A DNA stretch of 64,000 bases from Chrysemys picta bellii (Eukaryota), in contig NC_088810.1 in the NCBI RefSeq assembly GCF_011386835.1, positions 1,674,001 to 1,738,000 of the forward strand. The letters are read 5' to 3'. Shown in pieces: positions 27,743 through 41,395 of this stretch. The stretch's first letter is position 1. Every line of letters starts with the position of its first letter. The notes under the pieces were generated by a model, which searched no databases, was not told where the DNA came from, and saw only the letters and a list, made by a program, of their open reading frames with translations. The position numbers and the translations under genes are program-made.

Positions 27743-30700
27743 AGAGGACGGGGGGAGGGCTCAGCATAGGCAGTCCCAAGCTGGTGTCTCCTGAAGGGGG
27801 CTGGGTGGGGGTAGGGGTGATGGAGGCCTGGGGGGCTGGATCTCCTGGGTCTCCTACGTCCTCCGCAGGTGTAGAGGTCTCTGACGGACGAGGAACCAGG
27901 ATGCTGGGGGCAAAGGAGAGCAGCATGCGCCTCTAGGGGCTGGTGCACAGGGCGGATAACAGCTACACTAGCGCTGCCAGCAAATGGAGCTACTCCTTTA
28001 GCTCCTCATAGGGGATAATGGCTATACTGGTGCCGCTGGTTTGGGGGCAGGGATGGTCTCCTGCAATGCATCTGTGCAGCGCCTGGCGCAGTGGGGCCCC
28101 GATCCTGAGCAGGGGCCCAACTGCAACACAAGTGCCTCCTGACGGCCATGGCTGGGCCTGGCAGCGCCTTGTGGCCTTGGCCTGGATTTCCCTTGACGAA
28201 GCGTCTTAATTGATGCTGCGTCGTTGTGTCTCTTCTGGCGCCGCGTAGCGCCGGGGGCTTGTGGCTGAGGCACCTGGGACTCAGGACTCCTGGGTTCTGT
28301 TCCCGGCTCTGCCGCAGACTCCCTGTGAGAAACCGGCCATGTTACTGCCATCCCCCCGCCTCGGTTTCCCCACCTGTGCAAGCAGCTCACGGTGTATATT
28401 TCACAGTAAGGTGCCACCTAGAGATCTGGTCTGAGCTCAGGGCCCTGTTGTGCCAGGCGCTGCAGAGACAGTCCCTGCCCAGAGAGCGCCCAGTCTCAAT
28501 AGGCAAAGGCTGGAAGGGGAAACCGAGGCAGCAAGAGGGGAGGAGACTTGGCCAAGGTCACACAATAGGTTGGTGGTAGAGGTGGGGAAAGAACCCAGGA
28601 GTCCTGGTTCCCAGGCCCCCCTGTTCTAACCACTAGACTCCCCTCCCCTCCCAGAGCCAGGGAGAGAACCCAGGAGTCCTGGTTCCCAGCCCTATGTCCT
28701 TACTCACTAGATCACATTGCTTGTCTAGCTAAATTGCCCCCTCTCCTCAGCCAATTGTCCCCCCACTGGCCAGAACCGGCTGGCTTCCAAGGTGGGGGGG
28801 CCTCCTGGTCACCAGTCGCTGGTCCCCCATCTCCAGGCCATTGTCCAGGTCCTGACTGCTAGGCAACGTCACACCTGGTCCCCTGCAACAAGAACCCTCC
28901 TCTCCCTTCCCCTTTACACACACAGCACACAGGGAAACTGAGGCACACACCGTGCTCATGCAAAGCTCTAAGAAAATCCCTCACGTCATCACAAACACAC
29001 ACACACACAATGTCACAACTGAGACACAACGCATCAGCACACACAGAAAGCTCGAGTTTTCTACCACACACACAGTCACAACTGACACATGTGTGCACCC
29101 CCCCCACGCAGAGATCGAATATTACACCCCCCCACCCCGCCCTTGCCTGTGTTCCCAGTCCAGCTATGACATGGGCTGTGTGGGGCCCAGGGTGGCGTGG
29201 CCGCCTGGCCCGTTATCTGGGGAGGCAGCGCCCGCCAGCCCCGTCTGCTTGTCTCTGGCTCTGAGCTTATTTTCCAGGAACCCAGCAGCCGCCAGAGTGT
29301 CACCCGCCCCCTGGATTTGGCCCCCGGCCAGAGCAGAATGTGTGAGGATGCACCAAAAAGGAGAACTGAGGGTGTGGGGGGGTCACTGCCTGTTGCTGCC
29401 AGCATGGGGGCTGGCGGGGGGCATCAGGGCAGGAGCTGTGGGGTCAGGGCAGGGCTGGCAGCAGAGAACCCAGGTGTCCGGGCAGAGAAGGTGGAGACAC
29501 AGGGCAGGGCTCACTTAGGAGCCAGATGTGACCAACTGGGGAGGGGGAGGATTCCCAGAATGCACTGCTGCAGCGTGGATAAGGGGGGTGAGGAGCATTC
29601 CCAGCATGCACTGCTCCCCTTGGCATGGCAAGGCCTTAGGGCGCGGGGCTGGTCTTGGCTGGGGTGTCTCCTATGCCTCAGTTCCCGGGGCGTGCTCGAC
29701 TCCCGCTACATCCCAGGTCCCGCCCCCCACTGCACCCCTTCCCCCACCCCTCCACCCCACCTCTTCCCACCCCTCCTCTGCCCCAGGCCCTGCTACTACT
29801 CTACCTCTTCCCCCACCCACTCCCCACCTCTTCCCACCCCTCTCTGCGCCTCGCCCTGCCCCCACTGCACCCCTTCCCCCACACCCCCACCTCTTCCCAC
29901 CCGTACTCCACCCCTTCTCCCAAGCCACAGTGGGTGGGAGGTGCTGGGAGTGAGGGGGAGGAGCTGATCTGTGGGGCTGCCGGTGGGTGCCGAACACCCA
30001 CTATTTTTTTTTTTCAGATCTGGAAAGGGGAAGCCGGGTTGCTTCATCTTCTGGTGAAAAACTCCCCTGGCCCCAGAGCAGGGACCTCGGCTTCCACTTT
30101 CCAGATCTGAAACCGGAGCCCAGCCCATCCGCTGTGCCCAGGGAGAGAGACCCCTTGCTAGCGTTGCCAACTCTGGGAGGGGAGTAGGGTTGGTGGGTCA
30201 GAGTGGCGGGCTGGCAGCCAGGACTCCTGGGTTCTATTCCCAGCTCTGGGAGGGGAGTGGGATCTAGTGTTAGAGCAGGGGGGCTGGGAGCCAGGACTTC
30301 TGGGTTCTCTCCCCAGCTCTGGGAGGGGAATAGGGTATGGTGGTTAGAGCGGAGGGGCTGGGAGCCAGGACTCCTGGGTTCTATCCCCAGCTCTGAGAGG
30401 GGAGTGAGGTCTAGTGTTAGAGCAGGGGGGCTGGGAGCCAGGACTTCTGGGTTCTCTCCCTAGCTCTGGGAGGGGAATAGGGTATGGTGGTTAGAGCGGG
30501 GGGGCTGGCAGCCAGGACTCCTGGGTTCTATCCCCAGCTATCTCTCTGATTCACCATGTGACGGTGGATGAGTCTCACCTGTTCTTTTCTCTGTAACAAA
30601 CACCCCAGATGGCCACTGGGAGCGCCAGAGCCACAGCCCCGCCCACTAGAAGACATGGTGCCACCCATGGGAGGAGCTTTCCAAGCCCCGCCCACTAAGT

Positions 30701-32162
30701 GGCAGGACTCCGCCCAGGGGTGGGGCTTGCAGAGCTCTACCCCACTGGCTGTTCCATCCAGGTGCCGCCCCCCCAGTGCTAAAGTCACACCCGCCGCCTT
30801 TGGTCATTCATAGAAACCCAAGCCACTTTGGCAGCTTTATTCGCCTTTTTTGGGAGAGGCTATTGCCGAGACGGCGGAAGGATACAAAGCTCAGGGAGAG
30901 GGCGGGGAAGTTCTGGCCTGTAACATAGAGCATGACTTTCAGGATGCTTATTGGAGGGACTATTTTTGCTGGCGTTCATCTGCCGGGGATAGGATACAAA
31001 GGAGATAAGGCGATGATCTCTACTTGTTTGGTGGACTGGACTACTTCTTTTGAGTGGAAGAAGACAGAAGGGGGCGTAATAAGGCCCAGCCCTTGTATTT
31101 AAAGGGCACAACTTTCCCATGTGCGTTTCAGGGACTATAGTTGTGGTGGAAGGCCACAAAACAGAGTGCAAGAAGATGACAAAGGAAGTAGTCCCGGTAC
31201 CCGAATATGATGGAGCTTGATTTTCAGATTTTTTAAGGGGCTATTTTACCTTTTGTTGTTTGGCGGAAGGACACACACAAGTAATGGAGGAACGTCACAG
31301 GGCTTCTGTTCGAAAAGGGCCTGGTTTTCAGCTATTATTTTTTTGAGGGACTATTTTTTTGGCAGAAGGACACACAATCAGTATCTATTGAAAGTAGATC
31401 CGGTTCCTGTATAAAAAGGGTCCAGTTTTGAAGGACTACTTTTGTGGTGGAAGGATACTCGGTAGCTGTCCTTTGAAAGTAGAGCCGGCTCCTGTGTAAA
31501 GTGGGCTGGATTCCCAGAATTCTTTTTTTTTTTTTTTTGGACGGACTACATTAATTGGTGGAAGGATACGGCAACCAATGGGGTGGTCAATGTAACAAAA
31601 GTAGATCTGAGCCTTCTGTATAAAAAGAGCCTGGTTTTAGGAATCACTCCACCCCGGTCTGAAAATCAGGCCCCAAAATGGTGGCCAGGTGGTGGTATCC
31701 ATGGCAACTACCATGGCCACAGCCATGTAACAGCCCCGCCCACCCTGTGGGGTGGCAGCCAGTGAGTATCACTGAGTTCCTGCAGCATGGGGAAGGGGCG
31801 TGGCCTGTTATTGCTCCGGTGTGGCCAATGAGGGCAAGAGTTCCCAGCATGCTCCTCTGCAGTGTGACCCATAAGCTCCCAGCATGCACTGCTCTGGCAT
31901 GGTTCATGGGCTCCCAGCATGCACTGTTCTGGCGAGACTCTGGGGTCCCAGCATGCACTGCTCCAGTGTGGCCCATGGGATCCCAGCATGCATTGCTCCG
32001 CCATGTCCCATGGGCTCCCAGGATGCACTGCTCCAGCACGGCCCTGGGCTCCCAGGATGCACTGATCTGGTGCGGCTTTGGGCTCCCAGCATGCCCTGCT
32101 CGGTGCCATCCCACAGCTGCCCCCCACCCCTCATGGGGCCCTGGCCCCTTCCCCCTGCCCCG

Positions 32163-35100
32163 TCACGGCTGCATCATCCGCAGCTCGGAGGAGGTGGTGG
32201 AGCCCAGCGAGCGGTTGCTCCGGCGCCCGCTGCTGGAGCCCATCGAGTCTTCGGCCATGGCGGCCTCCAGCCAGCGGGCGCGGCTGCTGCCCCGCAGCCC
32301 CTCCTGGAAGCGGCGGCCCAGGAAGGCGTAGAGCAGGGGGTTGAGGAAGCAGCCCAGGCAGGTGAGGCTGAAGGCCAGGGAGGAGCCCACCTTGAAGGCT
32401 GCACGATTGCTCGGCGACCTGTGCAGGAAGTTGAAGACGTGGTAGGGCAGCCAGCAGAAGAAGAAACTCAACACCACGGCAGCTACCACCTTGGCCGTAC
32501 GGTTGGGCCGGCGGCCTCGGTGCCCGGCCCGCAGCATCACGACCACGTGGCAGGCCGTGATGACCAGCAGCGGTGCCAGGAAGCCGGCCACGAACCGCAC
32601 CACGATCAGGGCCTGCTGCCGCGCCATCCTCGTCACCTCGTCCCCGAAATTGTTGACGCAGAAGCAGCGCTTGCCCCGGCAGGTCACCTGAAGGAAGACC
32701 AGGTAGGGGGCCGAGAAAGCCCCGGCCAGCAGCCACGCCACGGCGGCCGCCCACCAGGCCAAGCGCGGCGTGCGGAACCGCTGGGCCCAGACGGGCCGGG
32801 CCACCAGTAGGCTGCGATCGACCGAGATGAGCGTCAGCTGGAAGACGCTGGCGAACATGCTGAGGAAGAGGAGGGCACCGACGGCTTTGCAGAGGAAGTT
32901 GCCGAAGGCCCACTGATTGCTCGCGGCGGTCTTGGCGGCGTAGAAAGGCAGCAGCAGGGAGTAGAGCAGGTCGGCCAGCGCCAGGCTCAGGAACCAGATC
33001 GAGTTGACCGTCCGGCGCATGCGGAAGCAGGTGACCCAGATCACCAGCCCGTTGCCCACCATGCCCAGCAGGAAGGAGACCACGAAGATGGCCACCGAGA
33101 TATGGGCGAGGACGTTGGAGGTGGGCGTGGTGCTGTTGTTGGCCACGGGTGAGGTGGCGTTGCTGGAAAGCTGAGGAGAAATGACCGCTTTAGCACGTGG
33201 CCCGGCCGGTGCCCCTCACTCCCAACTAGGACTGCCAGGCGTCCGGTTTTCTCCCTGCCTGCCCCAGTGCTGCACAGCTCCCGGAAGTGATCTCCATATC
33301 CGGCTCCTCGGCGCAGGGGCTGCCAGAGAGGCTCTGCACACTGCCCCTGCCCCGAACGCCGGCTCTGCAGCTCCCATTGGCCGGGAACTGTGGCCAATGG
33401 GATCTGCGGGGGTGGTGCCTGCAGGAAACGCAGCCAGTGGGATCTGCGGAGGCAGTGCCTGCAGGAACCACGTCCAACGGGAGCTGCGGGGGAGGTGCCT
33501 GTGGGAGTGGGCAGTGCACACCGCACAGAGCCGCCTGGCCGCCCCTGCGCCTAGGAGCCGGACATGGCGGCCTCTTCCCGGAGCAGCGCGGAGCCGGGGC
33601 AGGCAGGGAGCCTGGCTTAGCCTAGCTGCGCTGCCTGAGGTAAGTGCTGCCCGGTCGGATCCCACACCCCAAACTCCTGCCCCAGGTGGGAACCCCATCC
33701 TGCACCCTAACTCCCTCCTGCAACCTGAACCCCTCCGCCCCACAGCCCTGAGCTGCCTCCTGCACCCTAATTCCCTCCTGAAACCTGCACCCCCCACACA
33801 TGCCACCCCCAGCCCTGAGCCCCCTCCTGCACCCTAACTCCCTCCTGCAACCTGAACCCCTCCGCCCCACAGCCCTGAGCTGCCTCCTGCACCCTAATTC
33901 CCTCCTGAAACCTGCACCCCCCACACATGCCACCCCCAGCCCTGAGCCCCCTCCTTCACCCTAATTCCCTCCTGAAACCTGCACCCCCCACACATGCCAC
34001 CCCCAGCCCTGAGCCCCCTCCGGCACCCTAACTCCCTCCTGAAACCTGTACCCCCTCCCCACACGCCATCCCCAGCCCTGAGCCCCCTCCCGCACCCTAA
34101 CTCCCTCCTGCAACCTGCACCCCCCACACACCCACCCCCAGCTCTGAGCCCCCTCCCGCACCCTAACTCCCTCCTGAAACCAGCATCCCGTCCCCACACG
34201 CCACCCCCAGCCCTGAGCCCCCTCCCGCACCCTAACTCCCTCCTGGGGCCCACATTCCCTCTCGCATCCTTTCCCACACCCCACCCCAGCCCTGAGCCCC
34301 CTCCCGCACCCTAACTCCCTCCTGGGGCCCCCATTCCCTCCCGCATACCTTCCCACACCCCAACCCCAGCCCTGAGCCCTGGCCCGCACCCTGCACCCCC
34401 TCCCTCTGCCCCAGTCCAGAGTCCCCTCCCGAACCTCAAACCCCTCATCCCCGGCCCCCCCTAGAGCCCACAGCCCCAGCTGGAGCCCGCAGCACAACCC
34501 CCTGCCCCAGCCCAGTGAAAGTGCGGGAGGGTGGGGGAGAGCAAGTGATGGAGGGAGGGGGGAATGGAGTGTGTGGGGGTGGGGCCTCGGGGAAGGGGAG
34601 GGGCAGGGGACAGGACTAGTGTGTTCTGTTTTGTGCAGTCAGAAAGTTGGCAACACTACTACTGATACGCAACCCCTCCTATCCCCCCACCTCTGCCAGT
34701 GCCCCCACTCCCGACCTGCAGCCCCTCCTATCCCCTCACCTCTGCCAGTGCCCCCACTCCCGACCTGCATCCCCTCCTATCCCCTCACCTCTGCCAGTGC
34801 CCCCCACTCCCGACCTGCAGCCCCTTCTATCCCCCCACCTCTGCCAGTGCCCCCCACTCCCGACCTGCAACCCCTCCTATCCCCCCACCTCTGCCAGTGC
34901 CCCCCACTCCTGACCTGCAGCCCCTCCTATCCCCCCACCTCTGCCAGTGCCTCCCACTCCCGACCTGCAGCCCCTCCTATCCCCCCACCTCTGCCAGTGC
35001 CCCCCACTCCCGACCTGCAACCCCTCCTATCCCCCCACCTCTGCCAGTGCCCCCCACTCCCGACCTGCAACCCCTCCTATCCCCCCACCTCTGCCAGTGC

Positions 35101-38100
35101 CCCCTACTCCTGACCTGCAGCCCCTCCTATCCCCCCCACCTCTGCCAGTGCCCCCCACTCCCGACCTGCAACCCCTCCTATCCCCCCACCTCTGCCAGTG
35201 CCTCCCACTCCCGACCTAAAGCCCCTCCTATCCCCCCCACCTCTGCCAGTGCCCCCCACTCCCGACCTGCAGCCCCTCCTATCCCCTCACCTCTGCCAGT
35301 GCCCCCCATTCCCGACCTGCAGCCCCTCCTATCCCCCCCACCTCTGCCAGTGCCCCCCACTCCCGACCTGCAGCCCCTCCTATCCCCCCACCTCTGCCAG
35401 TGCCCCCCACTCCCGACCTGCAGCCCCTTCTATCCCCCCACCTCTGCCAGTGCCCCCACTCCCGACCTGCAGCCCCTCCTATCCCCCCACCTCTGCCAGT
35501 GCCCCCCACTCCCGACCTGCAGCCCCTTCTATCCCCCCACCTCTGCCAGTGCCCCCCACTCCCGACCTGCAGCCCCTTCTATCCCCCCACCTCTGCCAGT
35601 GCCCCCCACTCCCGACCTGCAGCCCCTCCTATCCCCCCACCTCTGCCAGTGCCCCCCACTCCCGACCTGCAGCCCCTTCTATCCCCCCACCTCTGCCAGT
35701 GCCCCCCACTCCCGACCTGCAGCCCCTCCTATCCCCCCACCTCTGCCAGTGCCCCCCACTCCCGACCTGCAGCCCCTCCTATCCCCCCACCTCTGCCAGT
35801 GCCCCCCATTCCCGACCTGCAGCCCCTCCTATCCCCCCACCTCTGCCAGTGCCCCCCACTCCCGACCTGCAGCTCCTCCTATCCCCCCACCTCTGCCAGT
35901 GCCCCCCACTCCCGACCTGCAGCCCCTCCTATCCCCTCACCTCTGCCAGTGCCCCCCATTCCCGACCTGCAGCCCCTCCTATCCCCCCACCTCTGCCAGT
36001 GCCCCCCACTCCCGACCTGCAGCTCCTCCTATCCCCCCACCTCTGCCAGTGCCCCCCCACTCCCGACCTGCAGCTCCTCCTATCCCCCCCACCTCTGCCA
36101 GTCCCCCCCCCACTCCCGACCTGCAGCCCCTCCTATCCCCCCACCTCTGCCAGTGCCCCCCACTCCCGACCTGCAGCCCCTCCTATCCCCCCACCTCTGC
36201 CAGTGCCCCCCACTCCCGACCTGCAGCCCCTCCTATCCCCTCACCTCTGCCAGTGCCCCCCATTCCCGACCTGCAGCCCCTCCTATCCCCCCACCTCTGC
36301 CAGTGCCCCCCACTCCCGACCTGCAGCCCCTCCTATCCCCCCACCTCTGCCAGTGCCCCCCACTCCCGACCTGCAGCCCCTCCTATCCCCCCACCTCTGC
36401 CAGTGCCCCCCCTCCCGACCTGCAGCCCCTCCTATCCCCCCACCTCTGCCAGTGCCCCCCACTCCCGACCTGCAGCCCCTCCTATCCCCCCACCTCTGCC
36501 AGTGCCCCCCACTCCCGACCTGCAGCCCCTCCTATCCCCCCACCTCTGCCAGTGCCCCCCCTCCCGACCTGCAGCTCCTCCTATCCCCCCACCTCTGCCA
36601 GTGCCCCCCACTCCTGACCTGCAGCCCCTCCTATCCCCCCACCTCTGCCAGTGCCCCCCACTCCCGACCTGCAGCCCCTCCTATCCTCCCCACCTCTGCC
36701 AGTGCCCCCAACTCCCGACACGCAGCCCCTCCTATCCCAGCCCCCTCCTCCCCCAGCTGTGTGGGTGCCACTCACTCCCGACCCGCAGCCCCTGCTATTC
36801 CGCCCCCCCAGACAGCCCCGGGACCTCTTGTCTCAGCAGATCTCTGTTCCTGCGGCACACCGAGCCAGTCCCCTGGGGAGCGGGGGCACACTAACCCCGG
36901 GTTTGTGCTACACGGCTCTGTCCTTTGGAGAGCCACGCAGCCCCTCCTGAGCCACGGCTACGGGGGGTCTCCCAACTCTTCCTCCCCCCCAGCTTCAGTA
37001 GCATCGACCCCGACTTGTGCTGGAGGAAACTGAGGTGAAAGGACTTTCTGGAGGTCACATGGAGAGTCAGAGACAGAGCCGGGGAGAGAACCCAGGAGTC
37101 CTGGCTCTCGGCCCCCCCTGCTCTAACCACCAGCCCCCACTCCCCTCCCGGAGCGGGGGAGAGAACCCAGGAGTCCTGGCTCTTCCGCCATACCCCGTTA
37201 TACAGTATCTTGGTCCATTCACCCCCTGAGCCAATTGGGCTGGTCTCTAGCTGCCCTGCGGGTATTTGCCTGATTTCAGTCATTCCGAGATCCCCGGCCA
37301 GCAGGGACCCCTGTGGCCGTCTAGCCTGACCCCCCGATAGCCCAGGCCAGAGGCTGCCCCACAAACCATCTCTGGAGCTGTTCTTTTAGGAAACCCCCCA
37401 GTCTGAACTGAAAATCTGCCGGGGATGGAGGATCCCCCATGGCCCTGGTGCATGGTCCCAATGATTAATGGTCCCACCCCAGTAAAAACCGACCAGCCCC
37501 GATCAACTCTCTGCTCTCTGCGTAGGGACGGACGGACGGACGGGGATCACGGCGCCCCGGAGCGTGTCCTGGGCTCAGCTCAAGAGCTGGAGCTTCTGGT
37601 ATCGCTCGCTCGGCGACAGGGCTTTGAACCCTTGAATCGTCCTCGGGGCTCTGCTCTGACCCCTCCCCGACTGACTCTGTGCCCCAGGGCCAGACCCAGG
37701 GCTCGGCAGCGTCACCCCCGGGTCAGCTCCAGAGGGAAAATCCCTTCCCTGCTCCTCGAGATCCCAGGACGGCGTTAGCCCCAGTCCAGCCGATTCTCCG
37801 CCATCGTCCCAGATCTGTTCCGGAGTCGCCACCCCCCAGGGGAGAGCCCCCGGCTGAGGGTTGTGGTTCCTCGCCGCGGGCGGGGACTTGCGGACGTGTT
37901 AAAACGCCTGGCGTTTGCCCGTGCACTCTGGGTCCCTGCCCCAGCCCCCTCGGGATTTCCTGATTTCTGGGCCCTCTGCTGACATTAGCTGGAAGGGTTT
38001 GATGTTCCCGGTAACTAGCGCAGGGCACGACCTGATCCCCACAGGACCCCACTGGAGACCCCCGCCCACTTAAGGAGGAGTCCCTGGTTACAGGTACGCT

Positions 38101-38802
38101 CCAATGCCCTCGTGCTTCACCTGACCCACAGGCTGGCTTTGGGGCCTGACTCCTCTGGGCGTGCCCAGTGCTGGGGCAGCAGCCTGCTGAGAGGGACCCA
38201 GGAGTCCTGGCTGCTGCCCCCTATGCACACCCCCACTCCAGTGTTAGAAAAGGTGGGGCCGGGACTCAGGACTCCTGGGTTCTCTCCCTGGCTCTGGGAG
38301 GGGAGTGGGGTCTAGTGGCTTAGAGCAGGGGGGCTGGGAGCCAGGACTCCTGGGTTCTCTCCCCAGCACTGGGAGGGGAGTGGGGTCTAGTGGCTTAGAG
38401 CAGGGGGGCTGGGAGCCAGGACTCCTGGGTTCTATCCCCAGCACTGGGAGGGGAGTGGGGTCTAGTGGTTAGAGGGGGAGGGCTGGGAGCCAGGACTCCT
38501 GGGTTCTATCCCCAGCACTGGGAGGAGAGTGGGGGCTAGTGGTTAGAGGGTGAGGGACTCCTGGGTTCTCCCCCTGGTTCTGGGAGGGGAGTGGGACTCT
38601 GGGTTCCATTCTTTGGCTGGACAGTGGGGCTGGTCTCTGGGTTCTCTCTGTCTGGGCTGCCGGGAGGGATGGAGACGTGGGCTATCCCCATCTCTGGTGC
38701 TGGTAGACGGCTGTCCCTGCTGCATGGCCGGCTCCTGCAATCTGTCAAATCAAGGCTTGGACTTACCTGCCCCCAGCTCCTGGTGGGGAAGGGGGACGCC
38801 AT
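32163..38802 (-). CDS. Chemoattractant-family class A GPCR, paralog B (347 aa, 2 coding exons)
   Basis: Exon 1 38767-38802 (MASPFPTRSWGQ, CAG|GTAAGT) and exon 2 32163-33170 (ttctcctcag|CTT; LSSNATSPVANNSTTPT). LAD (TM2), DRS (TM3), CWLPYH and NPLLY present. About 91 percent protein identity to paralog A by eye count. Confidence 0.88.
34670..36740. repeat. 50-bp C-rich minisatellite, ~41 copies (intron 1 of paralog B)
   Basis: Same unit as 23420-24940. Confidence 0.97.
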
Positions 38803-40420
38803 GGGCCCGGGAGCTGTGGTTGGAGGTAGACCAGAGCTTGTTCCTCTCAGCGCTGTCTGCAGTCCTGGGTCTGTGCAGGCTGTGCAGAAGGTAGGAAGTT
38901 GAGTAACGCCGGGCCACTGGCAGGAAGCGATTAGATGCGCCCCTTCTGGGGGGGAGTGTGGTCCCCGCCCCGGGAGAGCAGAGCAAGGCAGGGCTGGTAG
39001 CGGGAGAGCTCAGGTGCGGAGGATGGGGGGAGGGCTCAGCATAGGCAGTCCCAGGCTGGTGTCTCCTGAAGGGGGCTGGGTGGGGGTAGGGGTGATGGGC
39101 ACCTGGGGGGCTGGATCTCCTGGGTCTCCTACGTCCTCCGCAGGTGTAGAGGTCTCTGACGGACGAGGAACCAGGATGCTGGGGGAAAAGGAGAGCAGCA
39201 TGCGCCTCTAGGGGCTGGTGCACAGGGCGGATAACAGCTACACTAGCGCTGCCAGCAAATGGAGCTACTCCTTTAGCTCCTCATAGGGGATAATGGCTAT
39301 ACTGGTGCCGCTGGTTTGGGGGCAGGGATGGTCTCCTGCAATGCATCTGTGCAGCGCCTGGCGCAGTGGGGCCCCGATCCTGAGCAGGGGCCCAACTGCA
39401 ACACAAGTGCCTCCTGACGGCCATGGCTGGGCCTGGCAGCGCCTTGTGGCCTTGGCCTAGATTTCCCTTGACGAAGCGTCTTAATTGATGCTGCGTCGTT
39501 GTGTCTCTTCTGGCGCCGCGTAGCGCCGGGGGCTTGTGGCTGAGGCACCTGGGATTCAGGACTCCTGGGTTCTGTTCCCGGCTCTGCCGCAGACTCCCTG
39601 TGAGAAACCGGCCATGTTACTGCCATCCCCCCGCCTCGGTTTCCCCATCTGTGCAAGCAGCTCACTGTGTATATTTCACAGTAAGGTGCCACCTAGAGAT
39701 CTGGTCTGAGCTCAGGGCCCTGTTGTGCCAGGCGCTGCAGAGACAGTCCCTGCCCAGAGAGCGCCCAGTCTCAATAGGCAAAGGCTGGAAGGGGAAACCG
39801 AGGCAGCAAGGGGGGAAGAGACTTGGCCAAGGTCACACAATAGGTTGGTGGTAGAGGTGGGGAGAGAACCCAGGAGTTCTGGCTCCCAGCCCTATGTCCT
39901 TACTCACTAGATCACATTGCTTGTCTAGCTAAATTTCCCATCAGCCCTTTCTTATCCACAAAGCCAGGCCTGAGCCCCACTCCGGCGCCAACACAGGGAT
40001 CCCACCTGCGGCTGCCAACTACACCAGCCGTGGTAACAATGATTCTCCTGGCCTAAGGCTGCCGGGATGGGCATCGGCCTTTGAGCTGCTAGCAGGGCAT
40101 TAACCCTTCAGGTGCTGCAGAGAGGCCAGGTCTTAGCAGCCTCCGCCGCATTTTGTTCTTGTGCAGCAAGATAATTATCTGACCGTGTTCTCATGCGTCT
40201 CGAGCTGGGGTTTTGATTTCAACACCGTGTTTCCTGTTTTTCAGGAGTCCACCTCTACTGGAGGGCATCCAGGAGCTTACACCTCCACCCCAAAATCGAG
40301 GGCTGGGGGCCCGTCAAGGGCAAACACTGATGGGGAACAGAATCGGGGGCCAGACCCCAGCTGGGGTCAATCGGCCTTAGCTCCATTGGAGTTAATGGGG
40401 CCAGACCTCCAGCTGGGATC

Positions 40421-41395
40421 CTAGAATCGTAGAAGCTTAGGGTTGGAAGAGACCTGAGGAGGTTTCTAGTCCAACCCCCTGCTCAAAGCAGGACCAACAC
40501 CAACAAAATCATCCCAGCCAGGGCTTTGTCAAGCCAGGCCTTAAAACCTCTAAGGATGGAGATTCCTCCCAGTTCCCTTGGCCTCTCCTCATAAATCATG
40601 TGCTCCAGCCCCTTAATCATTTTCGTTGCCCTCCGCTGGACTCTTTCCAATTTGTCCACATCCTTCTTGTAGTGTGGGGCCCAAAACTGGACACAGTGCT
40701 ACAGATGAGGCCTCACCAATGTCAAATAGAGGGGAATGATCACGTCCCTCGATCTGCTGGCAATGCTCCTACTAATGCAGCCCAATATGCCATTAGCCTT
40801 CTTGGCAACAATGACACACTGCTGACTCATATCCTGCTTCTCGTCCACTGTAACCCCTAGGTCCTTTTCTGCAGAACTGCTGCCTAGCCACTCGGTTCCT
40901 ACTCTGTAACAGTGAACGGGATTCTTCCGTCCTAAGTGCAGGACTCTGCACGTGTCCTTGTTGAACCTCATCAGGTTTCTTTTGGCCCAAACCTCTAATT
41001 TGTCTAGGTCCCTCTGGACCAGGGCCGGTGCAAGGAAGTTTCACACTCTAGGCGAAACTTCCACCTTGTGCCCCCCGCCGCCAGCCCTAAGGTGCCCAAC
41101 CAAACAGCTGATTGGCGCTGCAAGCCTGGGAGGCGGGAGAAGTGGCGCGGCGACCCCGCGCGCTTGGGGAGGGGGCGTAGGAACGATGTAAAAAAAAAAA
41201 TTGGGGGCACCGCTTTTTGGCACCCCCAAATCTTGGCGCCCTAGGCAACCACCTAGTTTGCCTAAATGGTAGCACCGGCCCTGCTCTGGACCCTATCCCT
41301 ACCCTCCAGTGTATCTCCTCCCAGTTTAGTGTCATCTGCAAACTTGCTGAGGGTGCAGTCCACGCCATCCTCCAGATCATTAATGAAGATGTCAA
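40421..41395 (-). mobile_element. Degraded CR1 LINE fragment interrupted by a hAT MITE
   Basis: CR1 3' end (agaatcgtagaa...ggttggaagagacc) and RT remnants ([10 protein letters not shown]; [16 protein letters not shown]) with deletions and frameshifts. Confidence 0.85.
41020..41283. mobile_element. hAT MITE (264 bp) inside CR1
   Basis: TIR CAGGGCCGGTGC...GCACCGGCCCTG; perfect 8-bp TSD CTCTGGAC. Confidence 0.9.

Larger units (their letters stand above)
13142..39935. repeat. Head-to-tail segmental duplication: unit A ~13142-28735, unit B ~28736-39935, one GPCR each
   Basis: Both units start with cccctctc(t/c)tctcag...ccaaggtgggggg and end in gatcacattgcttgtctagctaaatt (28735 and 39935). Internal blocks are colinear. 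Confidence 0.9.

Noticed and set aside
34670-36740. Regular repeats that might look like a CRISPR array
   Set aside because: No unique spacers, no cas genes, and vertebrate intronic context; ordinary minisatellites.
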